DNA of 64,000 nt, taken from contig JBOEGF010000014.1 of assembly GCA_050633305.1 (NCBI GenBank), forward strand, positions 1-64,000, given 5' to 3'. The stretch is from Nannocystales bacterium. Its GTDB lineage: Bacteria > Myxococcota_A > Polyangia > Nannocystales > Nannocystaceae. Below are positions 18,230 through 26,748 of the stretch, piece by piece (position 1 is the stretch's first letter; each line of letters starts with the position of its first letter). Under the pieces are notes generated by a model. The model made no database searches, was not told the origin of the DNA, and saw only the letters and a program-made list of their open reading frames with translations. Made by a program: the position numbers and the translations under genes.

Positions 18230-18964
18230 AGCGTTCGACGAAGATCGGGCTGGGCATCGTCGCCGGCGCGGGAGTCATCGGCGGCGGACTCGGCTTGCGT
18301 CTTCGCTCGAGGCGGGCAGAGAAGGCTGGTGGAGCGCCACAGCCCGGCCGGGACGGCCAGTCGCCTCCGGAGGCTCCCGCAACGCTCCCGGCTGGCGTGG
18401 TGCCGCCCAGGCCGTTCCTGGATACGCCGTTCGCGGAGGGCGTCGCGAACCCCGTCTGGCCGGCGCGCACCCAGCATCCCCGCGGAGATGTGCTCAGCTA
18501 CCGGGACGACAACGGCGACTACCAGGGCAACTGGGCTCGGCGGTTCGGGGCTCCGCGCTCGAGCGGCGAGCGTCGTCACGCCGGCGTCGACCTCTTCGCG
18601 AACGACGGCGACGTGGTTGTTGCGCTCGCGGACGGTGTCGTCGTCGGGTTGCAGAGCTTCCATCTCGGGTCGTGGGGGCTTCTCGTCGACCATGGGCCGT
18701 TCGTCATGCTCTACGGCGAGGTCACCAAGGGCAGCTGGGCCGAGTTCGGTGTTCAGAAGGGCTCCGAGGTTCGGGCCGGAGAGCCCATCGCTCGCGTTGC
18801 GTGTTGCGTGTCTCGTCCATAAGGACGGCGACTGTGCGTCGCACATGCTCCACTTGGAGGCGTATACGCCGGGCACGACGAAGAACGCGCGCTGGTACGC
18901 GGGAGGCAGTCGGCCGGAGAACTTGCTCGACCCCTCCCAATTGCTGCTGCTGGCCCTGGCGTGA
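18226..18964 (+). pseudogene. Membrane-anchored M23 peptidase frameshifted by a 7-bp tandem duplication
   Basis: HAGVD (HxxxD) is in a frame ending at 18822; HMLHLE...LLDP is in another frame ending at 18964. GTTGCGT is duplicated at 18796-18809 and removing one copy joins the frames. Confidence 0.8.
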
Positions 18965-18983
18965 GGCCTCTGGAGACCTGAAG

Positions 18984-19820
18984 ATGAAGCGTTCAACGAA
19001 GATTGGCTTGGGTGTCGCGGCCGGCGTTGTCGGCGTGGGTGTCGGTGCGGGAGTCTGGCTCGGCCGACATCGGTCGCAGCTCGAGCCCGAGGTGTTGCCG
19101 TCCACCCCCGCCCGGGACCGCTGTGGGAGCCTCGATGTGCGCGGCGAAGCGCATGGTGTCGTGTACCGCTCCTACACACCTGCCGAGCCGGGGCCATACC
19201 CGATCGTCTTGATGCACGGACGAGGAGGCACGCACGACGGGATGTTCGATGCGCTCGCGGTCATCGTGTTGCCGGCGGTCCAGATCTACCCGCAGGCGCC
19301 GACCGCCTTCGGGCCCAAGTCGTTCGCGTGGACGCGGGCTCGGTCGACGGATGCGGATTGGCCGGAGAAGCAAGCCGACGCCGTCTGGAGCATGCGTCCG
19401 TTCATCGAGTGGGTGAGCCGATGCTTCGGGCCGCCGGTCGTAGCTGGACACTCCCAGGGGGCCCACATGGCCTTCGGGATCGCGGCGGCCTACCCGGAGC
19501 TCGTGCGTGCAGCGGTGGGCGTGTCAGGGGCGCTGACGCCGGCGCTGTGGGGCGAGCTGAAGGTGCCGGTGGTCGCGGTGCACGGAGTCGAGGATTCGAT
19601 CGTGCCGATTGCGAACGCTCGGCGGATGCGGGACGAGTTGGGGGTGACGCTCGTTGAGGTGCCCGGGCACGGGCATGCGTTCTCAGGGGTGTTGAAGGAG
19701 CAGTTTGAGTCGGCAGTGGACCTGGCTGGCAGTGCCCACATGAAGGCAAGGTCCTCTTGGACGATGTGGACCGATGAAGACATCGAACAGGCGCTGGCTT
19801 CGGCCCAATGGTCTGAGTGA
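18984..19820 (+). CDS. Membrane-anchored alpha/beta-hydrolase (phospholipase/carboxylesterase-like)
   Basis: MHGRGG, GHSQG nucleophile motif, HGVEDSIVP, GHAF; N-terminus MKRSTKIGLG identical to the M23 gene. Confidence 0.8.
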   Translation: MKRSTKIGLGVAAGVVGVGVGAGVWLGRHRSQLEPEVLPSTPARDRCGSLDVRGEAHGVVYRSYTPAEPGPYPIVLMHGRGGTHDGMFDALAVIVLPAVQIYPQAPTAFGPKSFAWTRARSTDADWPEKQADAVWSMRPFIEWVSRCFGPPVVAGHSQGAHMAFGIAAAYPELVRAAVGVSGALTPALWGELKVPVVAVHGVEDSIVPIANARRMRDELGVTLVEVPGHGHAFSGVLKEQFESAVDLAGSAHMKARSSWTMWTDEDIEQALASAQWSE

Positions 19821-20076
19821 CCGCGAGCTCCCGGAGGGGCGGAGACCCTCTACATGGATCACGCGTCATCCTCCGCCAACTCGTCTAGAACAGATGACGT
19901 GCGAAGAGACACGCCCGCGAGACTACCGCGATTGCGGCACTCGCCGATTGGGATTGTGACAGCCGCAGGCCTTCGGCTTGTTGGCTGGGATCCATGCGCA
20001 ACACGCGTCTGGAACCCGTCTCCGTGGAGTGTCCTGGGCAGCGGCCACCTCGCCTTGGATTGTGGACACCTTCGCG

Positions 20077-20298
20077 TCATCGCCTTCGAAGCGCCTGGGC
20101 TTTCGCCCTGTCTCGTTGGGCGCATGCGGATCGCCCAAGGTCGGGGTGCGTCGTCCTGCCCGTGTGGCGGCACTCCCGGCAGATGTAGATCGCGAGTTCG
20201 GTGCCCCCGCGTTCGTACGGGTGCGGCTCGTACCTCTCCACGATGCATTCCTCCGGACCGGCGTCGCAACGCGGACACTTGTGCGGCGGAGGCTTCAC
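20077..20298 (-). CDS. Small Zn-ribbon hypothetical protein
   Basis: CPRC...CREC; GTG start coupled to upstream stop. Confidence 0.45.
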   Translation of the reverse strand: MKPPPHKCPRCDAGPEECIVERYEPHPYERGGTELAIYICRECRHTGRTTHPDLGRSACAQRDRAKAQALRRR

Positions 20299-20819
20299 GA
20301 GACCGCCTCCGTGCCTGATCCGGAGCACATCGGTCGGTAGACGGCGACGCATGTCTCGGCGTGTTGCTCTTCATCGTAGACCTCGCAGAACGTCCGACGG
20401 AGTTCCGGCCGTCGACGCATCTCGCGCTCGAGGTCTGTCGCGTAGACCGAGATCGAGGCCCTGCATCGGCCGAAGAACGCAGCGAGCGGCGAGCTCTGGA
20501 CCCCCAGGCTCCGACAGGCGCGGACGACGAGTCCGCGCGCGGTGTGAAGCCCTGGGCGTCGGGTGCGGCCCTGAATCGCCTCCACGGAACGCTGGGTCCG
20601 GGCGGCGACCCTCGCGGCCACGCGATGGACGATAGCGAGTTCGTACTCGTGCTGGGTGTCGCAGCGCCGCTCTGGGCTTGCCCGAGTCGGCGTTGGCGCT
20701 ACGAAGGCTGCTCGGCGCCGTTTCATGACCTCGCTCGGTCTGGTCTTGGCAGGAAGTCGGTCCCACCCCTCGGCTGTGTGGACGGCCCACTGCTCGGGTC
20801 CGATGTATCGGAACATCAT
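20295..20819 (-). CDS. Protein with DnaA C-terminal (TrpR-like) HTH domain
   Basis: SVEAIQGRTRRPGLHTARGLVV...LAAFFGRCRASIS resembles DnaA domain IV. Confidence 0.6.
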   Translation of the reverse strand: MMFRYIGPEQWAVHTAEGWDRLPAKTRPSEVMKRRRAAFVAPTPTRASPERRCDTQHEYELAIVHRVAARVAARTQRSVEAIQGRTRRPGLHTARGLVVRACRSLGVQSSPLAAFFGRCRASISVYATDLEREMRRRPELRRTFCEVYDEEQHAETCVAVYRPMCSGSGTEAVS

Positions 20820-21037
20820 CGGATACCTCGCAGCGTCTCGACGAAGGCCTCGCCGGCTGGCGTGAGGACGGCGTAGCGCTTCGGGTCGAGGCGCCCGGAC
20901 TTGACCATCTTGAGGACGAACATCCGTCGAGCTCGGGCGATATCCGCCCGCTCGAGGTACAGCCCCGACTTCCCGGAGTCGTAGACCCGCCCCAGGAACT
21001 CGGCTTCCTTGGCGGTGAGGGTTTCGGAGCGCTTCAT
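20816..21037 (-). CDS. Small wHTH-like hypothetical protein
   Basis: 73 aa, coupled at both ends; ends VLTPAGEAFV. Confidence 0.55.
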   Translation of the reverse strand: MKRSETLTAKEAEFLGRVYDSGKSGLYLERADIARARRMFVLKMVKSGRLDPKRYAVLTPAGEAFVETLRGIR

Positions 21038-22539
21038 GCTGCCGCCACCTCCGACCACGTGCGGCCCTCGTTCCGGCGTAGCTGCTCACGGACCCAGATC
21101 GGGTTCGAGTCGAGCGCCCAGACCCCGGCCGCGGCAGCGGCGAGCGTCGCCGCGCAGGACTTGGCGATCGCGTAGGCGGTCGGTGGCGGGACGGCGTTGC
21201 CGATCCTTTCCCTCCATCCGGCGTGGTTCTTGCCGTCGAGTACGAGGGGCTCACCGTCGAGGGTCGTTGGGAAACCCTGCAGCGCGGCGAGTTCGAGTGT
21301 CGTCATGGGTCGGTGCCATGTGCCGTCGGCAGCCGCGATCACGATGTGGCGCGGTTTCTTCGACTTCAGGTCGAGGATGTCTCCGAAGAGGCTGGGCGGG
21401 TCGGCCGAGTCGTCGACCCAGTGCGATGGCTCGACGTTTCTGGGGTCAGCAAGTGACCCGGTGGTGTTGTTGACGTTGTGGGTGCCGCGGACGGTGACGG
21501 TCGGCGCATCCCATTGCGCAACGCCGATGCATCCTCGGTGGGGCTGGTAGTCGATGCGAGGGTCGGCGACCTGGGCGGGGAAGTTGTCGATCGACGGGTG
21601 CCCGATCACCGCCGCGCTTTGCCCGTCCCAGCGGCGCACGCCGTGGCCGCCTTCTCTACGTTTGCAGCCCACCCTGGGGTCAGCGACGCTGCCCCAGGTG
21701 TCGCGGCTCGTGGTGTGGCCCAGGACGGCGTGGGACGGGCTCTCCCAACTCTCGACGCCGTATGGACCGTTGGGCCGCCCCGCGCGGTCTGAGAGCCGGA
21801 CCGCAGCCGGAATGGCCCTCCAATCTTTCCCGGCCGGGATGAGGGCCAGGCGGACCCAGTTGAGCGCGCTCAGGCGGGGCAACCGGTGCATGACCCCGCC
21901 CGCGTCCGAGCCAGGCGCAGGTACGGGGAGCTCGCCGAGTACTTCGCCGATCGACCGGACCCGTTGCTCGATCGGAAGGCGCAGGTATGCGTCGACCTGG
22001 GGCATATGCCGAGCCACCAGCAGGAAGCGCTTGCGATGTTGGGCGAGGCCCCCGAGGACCCCGCAGTCGTGCACCGACGTGTCGACGGCGTAGCCGTACT
22101 TGTGGAGGAGTGCGACCATCCGGGCGAGCCACACGCGCCCGCGGGATTGGATGCGAGGAACGTTCTCGAGGAGCACGAGTCGGGGGCGCTGTTTCCATGC
22201 CTCGAGCGCGAGCCAGATCCCGTGGAGAGCCAGCTTGTTGAGCTCCTGGTATTTCTTCGCCTTCGCGGACTTCTCCGGAAGGCAGCCCGAGAAGCCCTTG
22301 CACGGCGGTGAGGAGAAGACGACATCGGGGCTCTCTGGGCAGAGCGCGGCAAGGTCGGCAGGGGCTTTCATCGCGCCGATGTCGGCGACCGTGGCGGGGT
22401 CTCCGGTGAGGTGCTCGAGGTCGCGGCACGCTGCAGGGCTGAGGTCGAGGGCTCCAACGCCCCGGAAGCCGGCGCGGTGGAAGCCGAGCGCGCCCCCTCC
22501 AGAGCCGGAAAAGAGGTGCAGAACGGTGGGTGCAGTCAC
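21034..22539 (-). CDS. DNA (cytosine-5) methyltransferase, phage type with internal repeats
   Basis: LFSGSGG (motif I), SPPCKGFS (IV), LENV (VI), QHRKR (VIII), IGNAVP (X). Confidence 0.92.
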   Translation of the reverse strand: MTAPTVLHLFSGSGGGALGFHRAGFRGVGALDLSPAACRDLEHLTGDPATVADIGAMKAPADLAALCPESPDVVFSSPPCKGFSGCLPEKSAKAKKYQELNKLALHGIWLALEAWKQRPRLVLLENVPRIQSRGRVWLARMVALLHKYGYAVDTSVHDCGVLGGLAQHRKRFLLVARHMPQVDAYLRLPIEQRVRSIGEVLGELPVPAPGSDAGGVMHRLPRLSALNWVRLALIPAGKDWRAIPAAVRLSDRAGRPNGPYGVESWESPSHAVLGHTTSRDTWGSVADPRVGCKRREGGHGVRRWDGQSAAVIGHPSIDNFPAQVADPRIDYQPHRGCIGVAQWDAPTVTVRGTHNVNNTTGSLADPRNVEPSHWVDDSADPPSLFGDILDLKSKKPRHIVIAAADGTWHRPMTTLELAALQGFPTTLDGEPLVLDGKNHAGWRERIGNAVPPPTAYAIAKSCAATLAAAAAGVWALDSNPIWVREQLRRNEGRTWSEVAAA

Positions 22540-22573
22540 ACGACCCCAACCCCGTCGGCCAAACCGTACGGGG
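22540..22573 (-). promoter_or_regulatory. 34-bp element, copy 1 (inverted repeat containing TACGGT), abutting the MTase start codon
   Basis: 31/34 identical to 30523-30556. Confidence 0.7.
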
Positions 22574-22615
22574 AATCGCGATCTCTCGCGTCTCGATGAG
22601 TCCTCTCAGGCCTGA

Positions 22616-22837
22616 CTAAAAGGGCACGTCGTCGTCGGCAGGGGCCATGATGCTGATCTCGCGCTTGGCGGCCTCCGCGTATGTAGACGCGCGAACAAGA
22701 AGCATCGCCGCGACCTCTGCATGGGCGGCGGTGGCTCCATCGGAGAGGAGGGTTTCTGCGACCTTGGTCAGCTCAAGAGCAACCCTGGAACTCCACGGGG
22801 TGGCCCCGGGCACGTCGACCGCGATGATCCCCTTCAC
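22616..22837 (-). CDS. Small protein ending in an SSB-like acidic tail (DDDVPF)
   Basis: 73 aa; C-terminus APADDDVPF. Confidence 0.6.
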   Translation of the reverse strand: MKGIIAVDVPGATPWSSRVALELTKVAETLLSDGATAAHAEVAAMLLVRASTYAEAAKREISIMAPADDDVPF

Positions 22838-23358
22838 GACGACGCCTCCTCAAATGCCCCGCACTTAGGGCACGTCCCGGTTAGGCAATCGCAGCAGTCC
22901 CCGCAGAGGCTCGGGCTTGGCGTGTTCCCGGTCGGGCAAGTCGGCTCACCGCAGCGAGTACAGGGAGGAGAGGCATGCGCGGTGCCGCCGTCCTTCCGGA
23001 CGAGCCGGTCAGGGATCGGCGGGGCGGAACTTGGTCCGAGGCACCACCTCCTTTGGCCCTCGGCGCTGTTTCCGTGGGAGTAGGTTCGCCAACCATTCTT
23101 CGAACGGTAGACGCGTCGGACCTCGCCGCACCCTGGGCAGGCAGCGAAGCCCTTCGCGAGGTTGAATGTCCCGCGCGGAGCTCTGGTCACAGGTGGTCGG
23201 AATGTGGTGCCCTTGCGTCGCAGCCATGCCGTGGCGACGGCGTGTTCCTTGGAGGCGAGCGCGCGCATGTTCCCTCGCAGGGAATGAGACCAAGGAAGCT
23301 TCCCGGCTCGGTGGAGCCGCTTGATCCGGCGGATCTCTCGGGCGTAGTTCGTGGCCAT
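22834..23358 (-). CDS. Cys-rich Zn-finger hypothetical protein
   Basis: CPGC, CTRC, CGDCCDC and CPKC; coupled to neighbours. Confidence 0.6.
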   Translation of the reverse strand: MATNYAREIRRIKRLHRAGKLPWSHSLRGNMRALASKEHAVATAWLRRKGTTFRPPVTRAPRGTFNLAKGFAACPGCGEVRRVYRSKNGWRTYSHGNSAEGQRRWCLGPSSAPPIPDRLVRKDGGTAHASPPCTRCGEPTCPTGNTPSPSLCGDCCDCLTGTCPKCGAFEEASS

Positions 23359-23870
23359 CAGTCGTTCTCCTCAAGGGCTAGAAGGTCAAAGCGCTCGAGG
23401 TACGCGCCTATCGTATCGATCGTGACCGCCCGCCCTCGGAGTCGGTCCGCGTCCTTGAGCAGCATCCAGGCCTCGGTCGAGAGGGCTTTTGCAACTTGGC
23501 GTAGCTGAACGACAGCCACGGCCTGGGCTCCGTTCTCGATGCGGCTGATCGTGGAGGACGTGACGCCGAGGCTTTTCGCAACGTCGCACTGCTGGAGCCC
23601 ACGCTTCTTTCGGACGTGCCGCAGGACGCAACCGAGAACGGCTGAGTCCCAGCACTCGTCGCAGACGCAATACGATCCCTGGAGCGGCTCATCGGCGTCC
23701 TCGCTGAGGTCAGGCTCGAACTCGCACTCTTGGGTGCACGGTTTCGCCTCGTAGCACCTTGGACAATGGTGGGCGTGCCGCTCTCCTGGTTCGAAGCGGT
23801 ATCGCTGGCGCATACCCAGCTTCACGACATGGACGCCGTCGGTTGCGTGCGGATCGAAGGGAACGGGCAT
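23358..23870 (-). CDS. XRE-family HTH regulator with N-terminal Cys cluster
   Basis: LRHVRKKRGLQQCDVAKSLGVTSSTISRIENG. Confidence 0.85.
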   Translation of the reverse strand: MPVPFDPHATDGVHVVKLGMRQRYRFEPGERHAHHCPRCYEAKPCTQECEFEPDLSEDADEPLQGSYCVCDECWDSAVLGCVLRHVRKKRGLQQCDVAKSLGVTSSTISRIENGAQAVAVVQLRQVAKALSTEAWMLLKDADRLRGRAVTIDTIGAYLERFDLLALEEND

Positions 23871-24082
23871 CACACGCCTCCCTTCGTCCGGATCGGTCTG
23901 TCGCAGACGGGACACTCGCGGTGCCTCGACTCTGCGAGAACCAGGACTCCGCAGGTGCAGCGCCGCGCGTCGAAGACGGCAGACCCGCCGAGTCCGTCGA
24001 GGGCTTGGCGCCCGGAGTTTGTCTCAATGACCAGGCGGGCTCGGGTGGCGTCGCGCAGCTCGAGCCGATTGAGCGGTGCCAT
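23870..24082 (-). CDS. Small Zn-ribbon protein
   Basis: CTC...CPVC; coupled to next gene. Confidence 0.5.
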   Translation of the reverse strand: MAPLNRLELRDATRARLVIETNSGRQALDGLGGSAVFDARRCTCGVLVLAESRHRECPVCDRPIRTKGGV

Positions 24083-24084
24083 GG

Positions 24085-24987
24085 TCAGGCAACTCCTCTC
24101 GGGTTGCGGCAACCGGTTCCGGCTTCGACGACACTCTGCGGGAACTCCCGAACTCGCAGGTATTCGGGCCACGTGGCCATGTCGTTGCCTTTGCCGATCT
24201 GCGTTCCAGACCCGATGCTGTTCGACCCGAGTTGCTTGACGAAGATGGGGACGCCGTCGCGGGCGGCGTGGGTCCTGAGGCTGCGGAGCCACTCCGTGTT
24301 GCAATACCGGGCTCCGCGTCCGGATTCACCGCCGACGACGAGCCAGTTGAGCTTTTCGAGCCAGTGCGGCTCGATGCTCTCGAGCAGGGGCTCAGCGCTC
24401 ACGCCGCGGACCGCGGCGGGCATATCGAGCAGCAGCGGTACTCGTTTGTCCCACGAGTGCTGGTCTTCGGCGGAGACGAGGATGTGGACGTTCGGGAGCG
24501 GCCAGGGGATGGTTCCGAAGTCGGGCGCGGGCCAGCGGTAGTACTCCTGGTACCGCTTGGCGTAGCCCATGGTCGAGTCGTTGGTTTCCTGGGGGCTTCG
24601 CCACGGGATCGCGTTCGGGCCGGGTCGCTTCGTGACGACGATGAAGGTGTGCTGTGGGCACGCGGCCATCACCGAGAAGATCGCGGCTCGATAGGAGAGC
24701 GGGACCCTCTGGTGAAAAAGGTCCGACATGCTGTTCACGAAGACGCGACGGGGCTTCTTCCACTTGAGAGGGTCGATGAGCCGCTCGAGAACGAACCGAA
24801 TCGTCCCGTTCCAGTCCACACCAGATCGAGCGGCTGTTTTCGGCCGGATCTTCGTGAGGCCCTTGTGCTGGTCGCAGAGGTTCCGCGCCGCGACACCGAT
24901 CGCGTAGCAGTTGTCGCAGCCAGGCGAGACGCGAGTGCAGCCGACGACGGGATTCCAGGTGACATCGCACCACTCGATCGCGCTCAC
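24085..24987 (-). CDS. Phage Gp37/Gp68 (DUF5131) family protein
   Basis: IEWCDVTWNPVVGCTRVSPGCDNCYA, VFVNSMSDLFH, SAEPLL, WLVVGGESG, FVKQLG. Confidence 0.9.
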   Translation of the reverse strand: MSAIEWCDVTWNPVVGCTRVSPGCDNCYAIGVAARNLCDQHKGLTKIRPKTAARSGVDWNGTIRFVLERLIDPLKWKKPRRVFVNSMSDLFHQRVPLSYRAAIFSVMAACPQHTFIVVTKRPGPNAIPWRSPQETNDSTMGYAKRYQEYYRWPAPDFGTIPWPLPNVHILVSAEDQHSWDKRVPLLLDMPAAVRGVSAEPLLESIEPHWLEKLNWLVVGGESGRGARYCNTEWLRSLRTHAARDGVPIFVKQLGSNSIGSGTQIGKGNDMATWPEYLRVREFPQSVVEAGTGCRNPRGVA

Positions 24988-25550
24988 GGGGTCACCTCCG
25001 GGAAGAGATCGCGGAACATGCCGAGGAAGCGAGATGCTGCCTCCTGTGATGACCAGCAATGCGGCGTCCATTCGCGGTCTGGAAAGCCGGTGAGCGGAGG
25101 GGACTCGTCTGGCAGGCCGGGCTCTCGGAGTCTCGGTGGAGGCTCGTGGAGCGAGGCGGCCTCCTGGTGAAACAGCACGCGGTCTGTGGCCTTGACGGCT
25201 GGATGTATGCCCCTGGGCAGACCGAATCTGGCCCTCACCGCGACCTCGACGACACCCTCAAGCTTTCGGTATCCCGGGAGGAGCCGCTTTAGAGGGCTTG
25301 GGAGATCGATCATGTAGGCCTCGTGGGAGTCGTGCATGAGTCCCTCTCTCGCGAGAGCACGGCCGCCGGGGAGCAGAAGCGTTGCGCAGTGCACCGAGTG
25401 TTCCGCGACGCTGTAGAACCGAGAACAGTGCCCAGCGAAGCGACACAGAAGCCCCAGGGAGTGGGCGATGTCGCGGATGTCGATCTGTTCGGGCTTCGGG
25501 TCTTCGTAGTCGAAGGCGAGCCCGGATCGCGTTTGGAGCCAGGCGGTCAT
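24984..25550 (-). CDS. HD-domain phosphohydrolase (YfbR-like nucleotidase)
   Basis: DIAHSL...CRFAGH...YSVAEHS...LMHDSHEAY.IDLPSPLK. Confidence 0.88.
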   Translation of the reverse strand: MTAWLQTRSGLAFDYEDPKPEQIDIRDIAHSLGLLCRFAGHCSRFYSVAEHSVHCATLLLPGGRALAREGLMHDSHEAYMIDLPSPLKRLLPGYRKLEGVVEVAVRARFGLPRGIHPAVKATDRVLFHQEAASLHEPPPRLREPGLPDESPPLTGFPDREWTPHCWSSQEAASRFLGMFRDLFPEVTP

Positions 25551-26740
25551 GACCCACACTCGCTCTCGTCGACCGCAAGCTCCTCTGCCAAGTCGGCGGC
25601 GCGCAGCAGGAAGGCGGCGATCTCCCGAACTCTCCACGGAGCGCGAATCCAGCCGTCGAAGAGCACCTTGCCCGGTTCTACGGTCATGTCCTCGCAGAGC
25701 TCGTCGGGCAGCTCCACCAGGCGCGCGCTCGGGGCCCTGGCGCCCGCGTCAGCCATCCTTTGCGCTGCGTCGTGGAGGTTCGTGCCGGCTACCGCTCCGT
25801 CCTGCGCCCTGAGCCACTGGGCGGCCGTGGAGAGGCACCGCGCCAAGTCCGGATCGACGACCGGGGGCGGACTGGGGGTAGCGGGGACCTCCCGTGGATC
25901 GCCTATCTCCGGAGCGACACCAGAGGGCGTCACGTCGACTCCGGGTGAGTTGCCGAGGGTCGTTGGATCATGCGTGAACTCGACGGCCAGGGTGTACGTG
26001 CGCCCTGCACACAGCAGCTCACCGTTCTTCCAGGCATGCCACCAGTCCGAGCTTCCGGATGGGATGACCTCCCATCCCGCTGCGGGCTCGGGAAGTGAGT
26101 CCAACCACCTGCGAACCCATTGGGCTGAGAACACCAGAGTCACGGAGTGCGAGCAGTCGGGGTCCACGAGGCGATAGAAATGGTCGAATCTCGACGAGAC
26201 CTCGGCTCCTGTCTCCGGATGCCGGAGATTCGTTTCACCCTCGAACTCGAGGGTGACGGACCAGGAATGGCGTCGGTCGACCCCATCTTCGTCGTATTCG
26301 CCGTCGAAGTTGCAGTCGCAGAGCCCTGGATGCGCGCCGGGGACCGTTTCCGAGACGAATATCGCGAGGTCCCTCCGCATGTGCTGGTCGAGACTCTCCG
26401 CGGAGCTCGGTTTCGACTCTCGCGAAACCGCCGCGCCATCGGGAGTCACGCCTGGCTCGGGCTCACTGACTTCCAAGGAGGACTCGAGCCCCGCAAGCCG
26501 CAGGACCTCGCGCCCAATGGAGGCCGCCTTCGTCCGAACTCGAACAGCGTCGCCGGGCAGGAATCGCTCGACTCGATACGTGGTCCCGCCGAGTTCGAAG
26601 CTCTGCGTCTCCACAATGGCGGAGTCCAAGCTCTCGGAATCCCTCCGCTTCTGAAGGTGCACCGAGATAGTGACAGCTTCGACTTCAATGGCGGGGCCGT
26701 CCGGGCCGCCGATCTGACTCTTGATATTAGACATTATCAT
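25547..26740 (-). CDS. Hypothetical protein
   Basis: 397 aa acidic ORF coupled to the downstream gene. Confidence 0.7.
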   Translation of the reverse strand: MIMSNIKSQIGGPDGPAIEVEAVTISVHLQKRRDSESLDSAIVETQSFELGGTTYRVERFLPGDAVRVRTKAASIGREVLRLAGLESSLEVSEPEPGVTPDGAAVSRESKPSSAESLDQHMRRDLAIFVSETVPGAHPGLCDCNFDGEYDEDGVDRRHSWSVTLEFEGETNLRHPETGAEVSSRFDHFYRLVDPDCSHSVTLVFSAQWVRRWLDSLPEPAAGWEVIPSGSSDWWHAWKNGELLCAGRTYTLAVEFTHDPTTLGNSPGVDVTPSGVAPEIGDPREVPATPSPPPVVDPDLARCLSTAAQWLRAQDGAVAGTNLHDAAQRMADAGARAPSARLVELPDELCEDMTVEPGKVLFDGWIRAPWRVREIAAFLLRAADLAEELAVDESECGS

Positions 26741-26748
26741 GCTACTAA

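Noticed and set aside
19859..20138. Small ORFs at the convergence of the two arms
   Set aside because: Several overlapping short frames with no motifs; I cannot tell which, if any, is real
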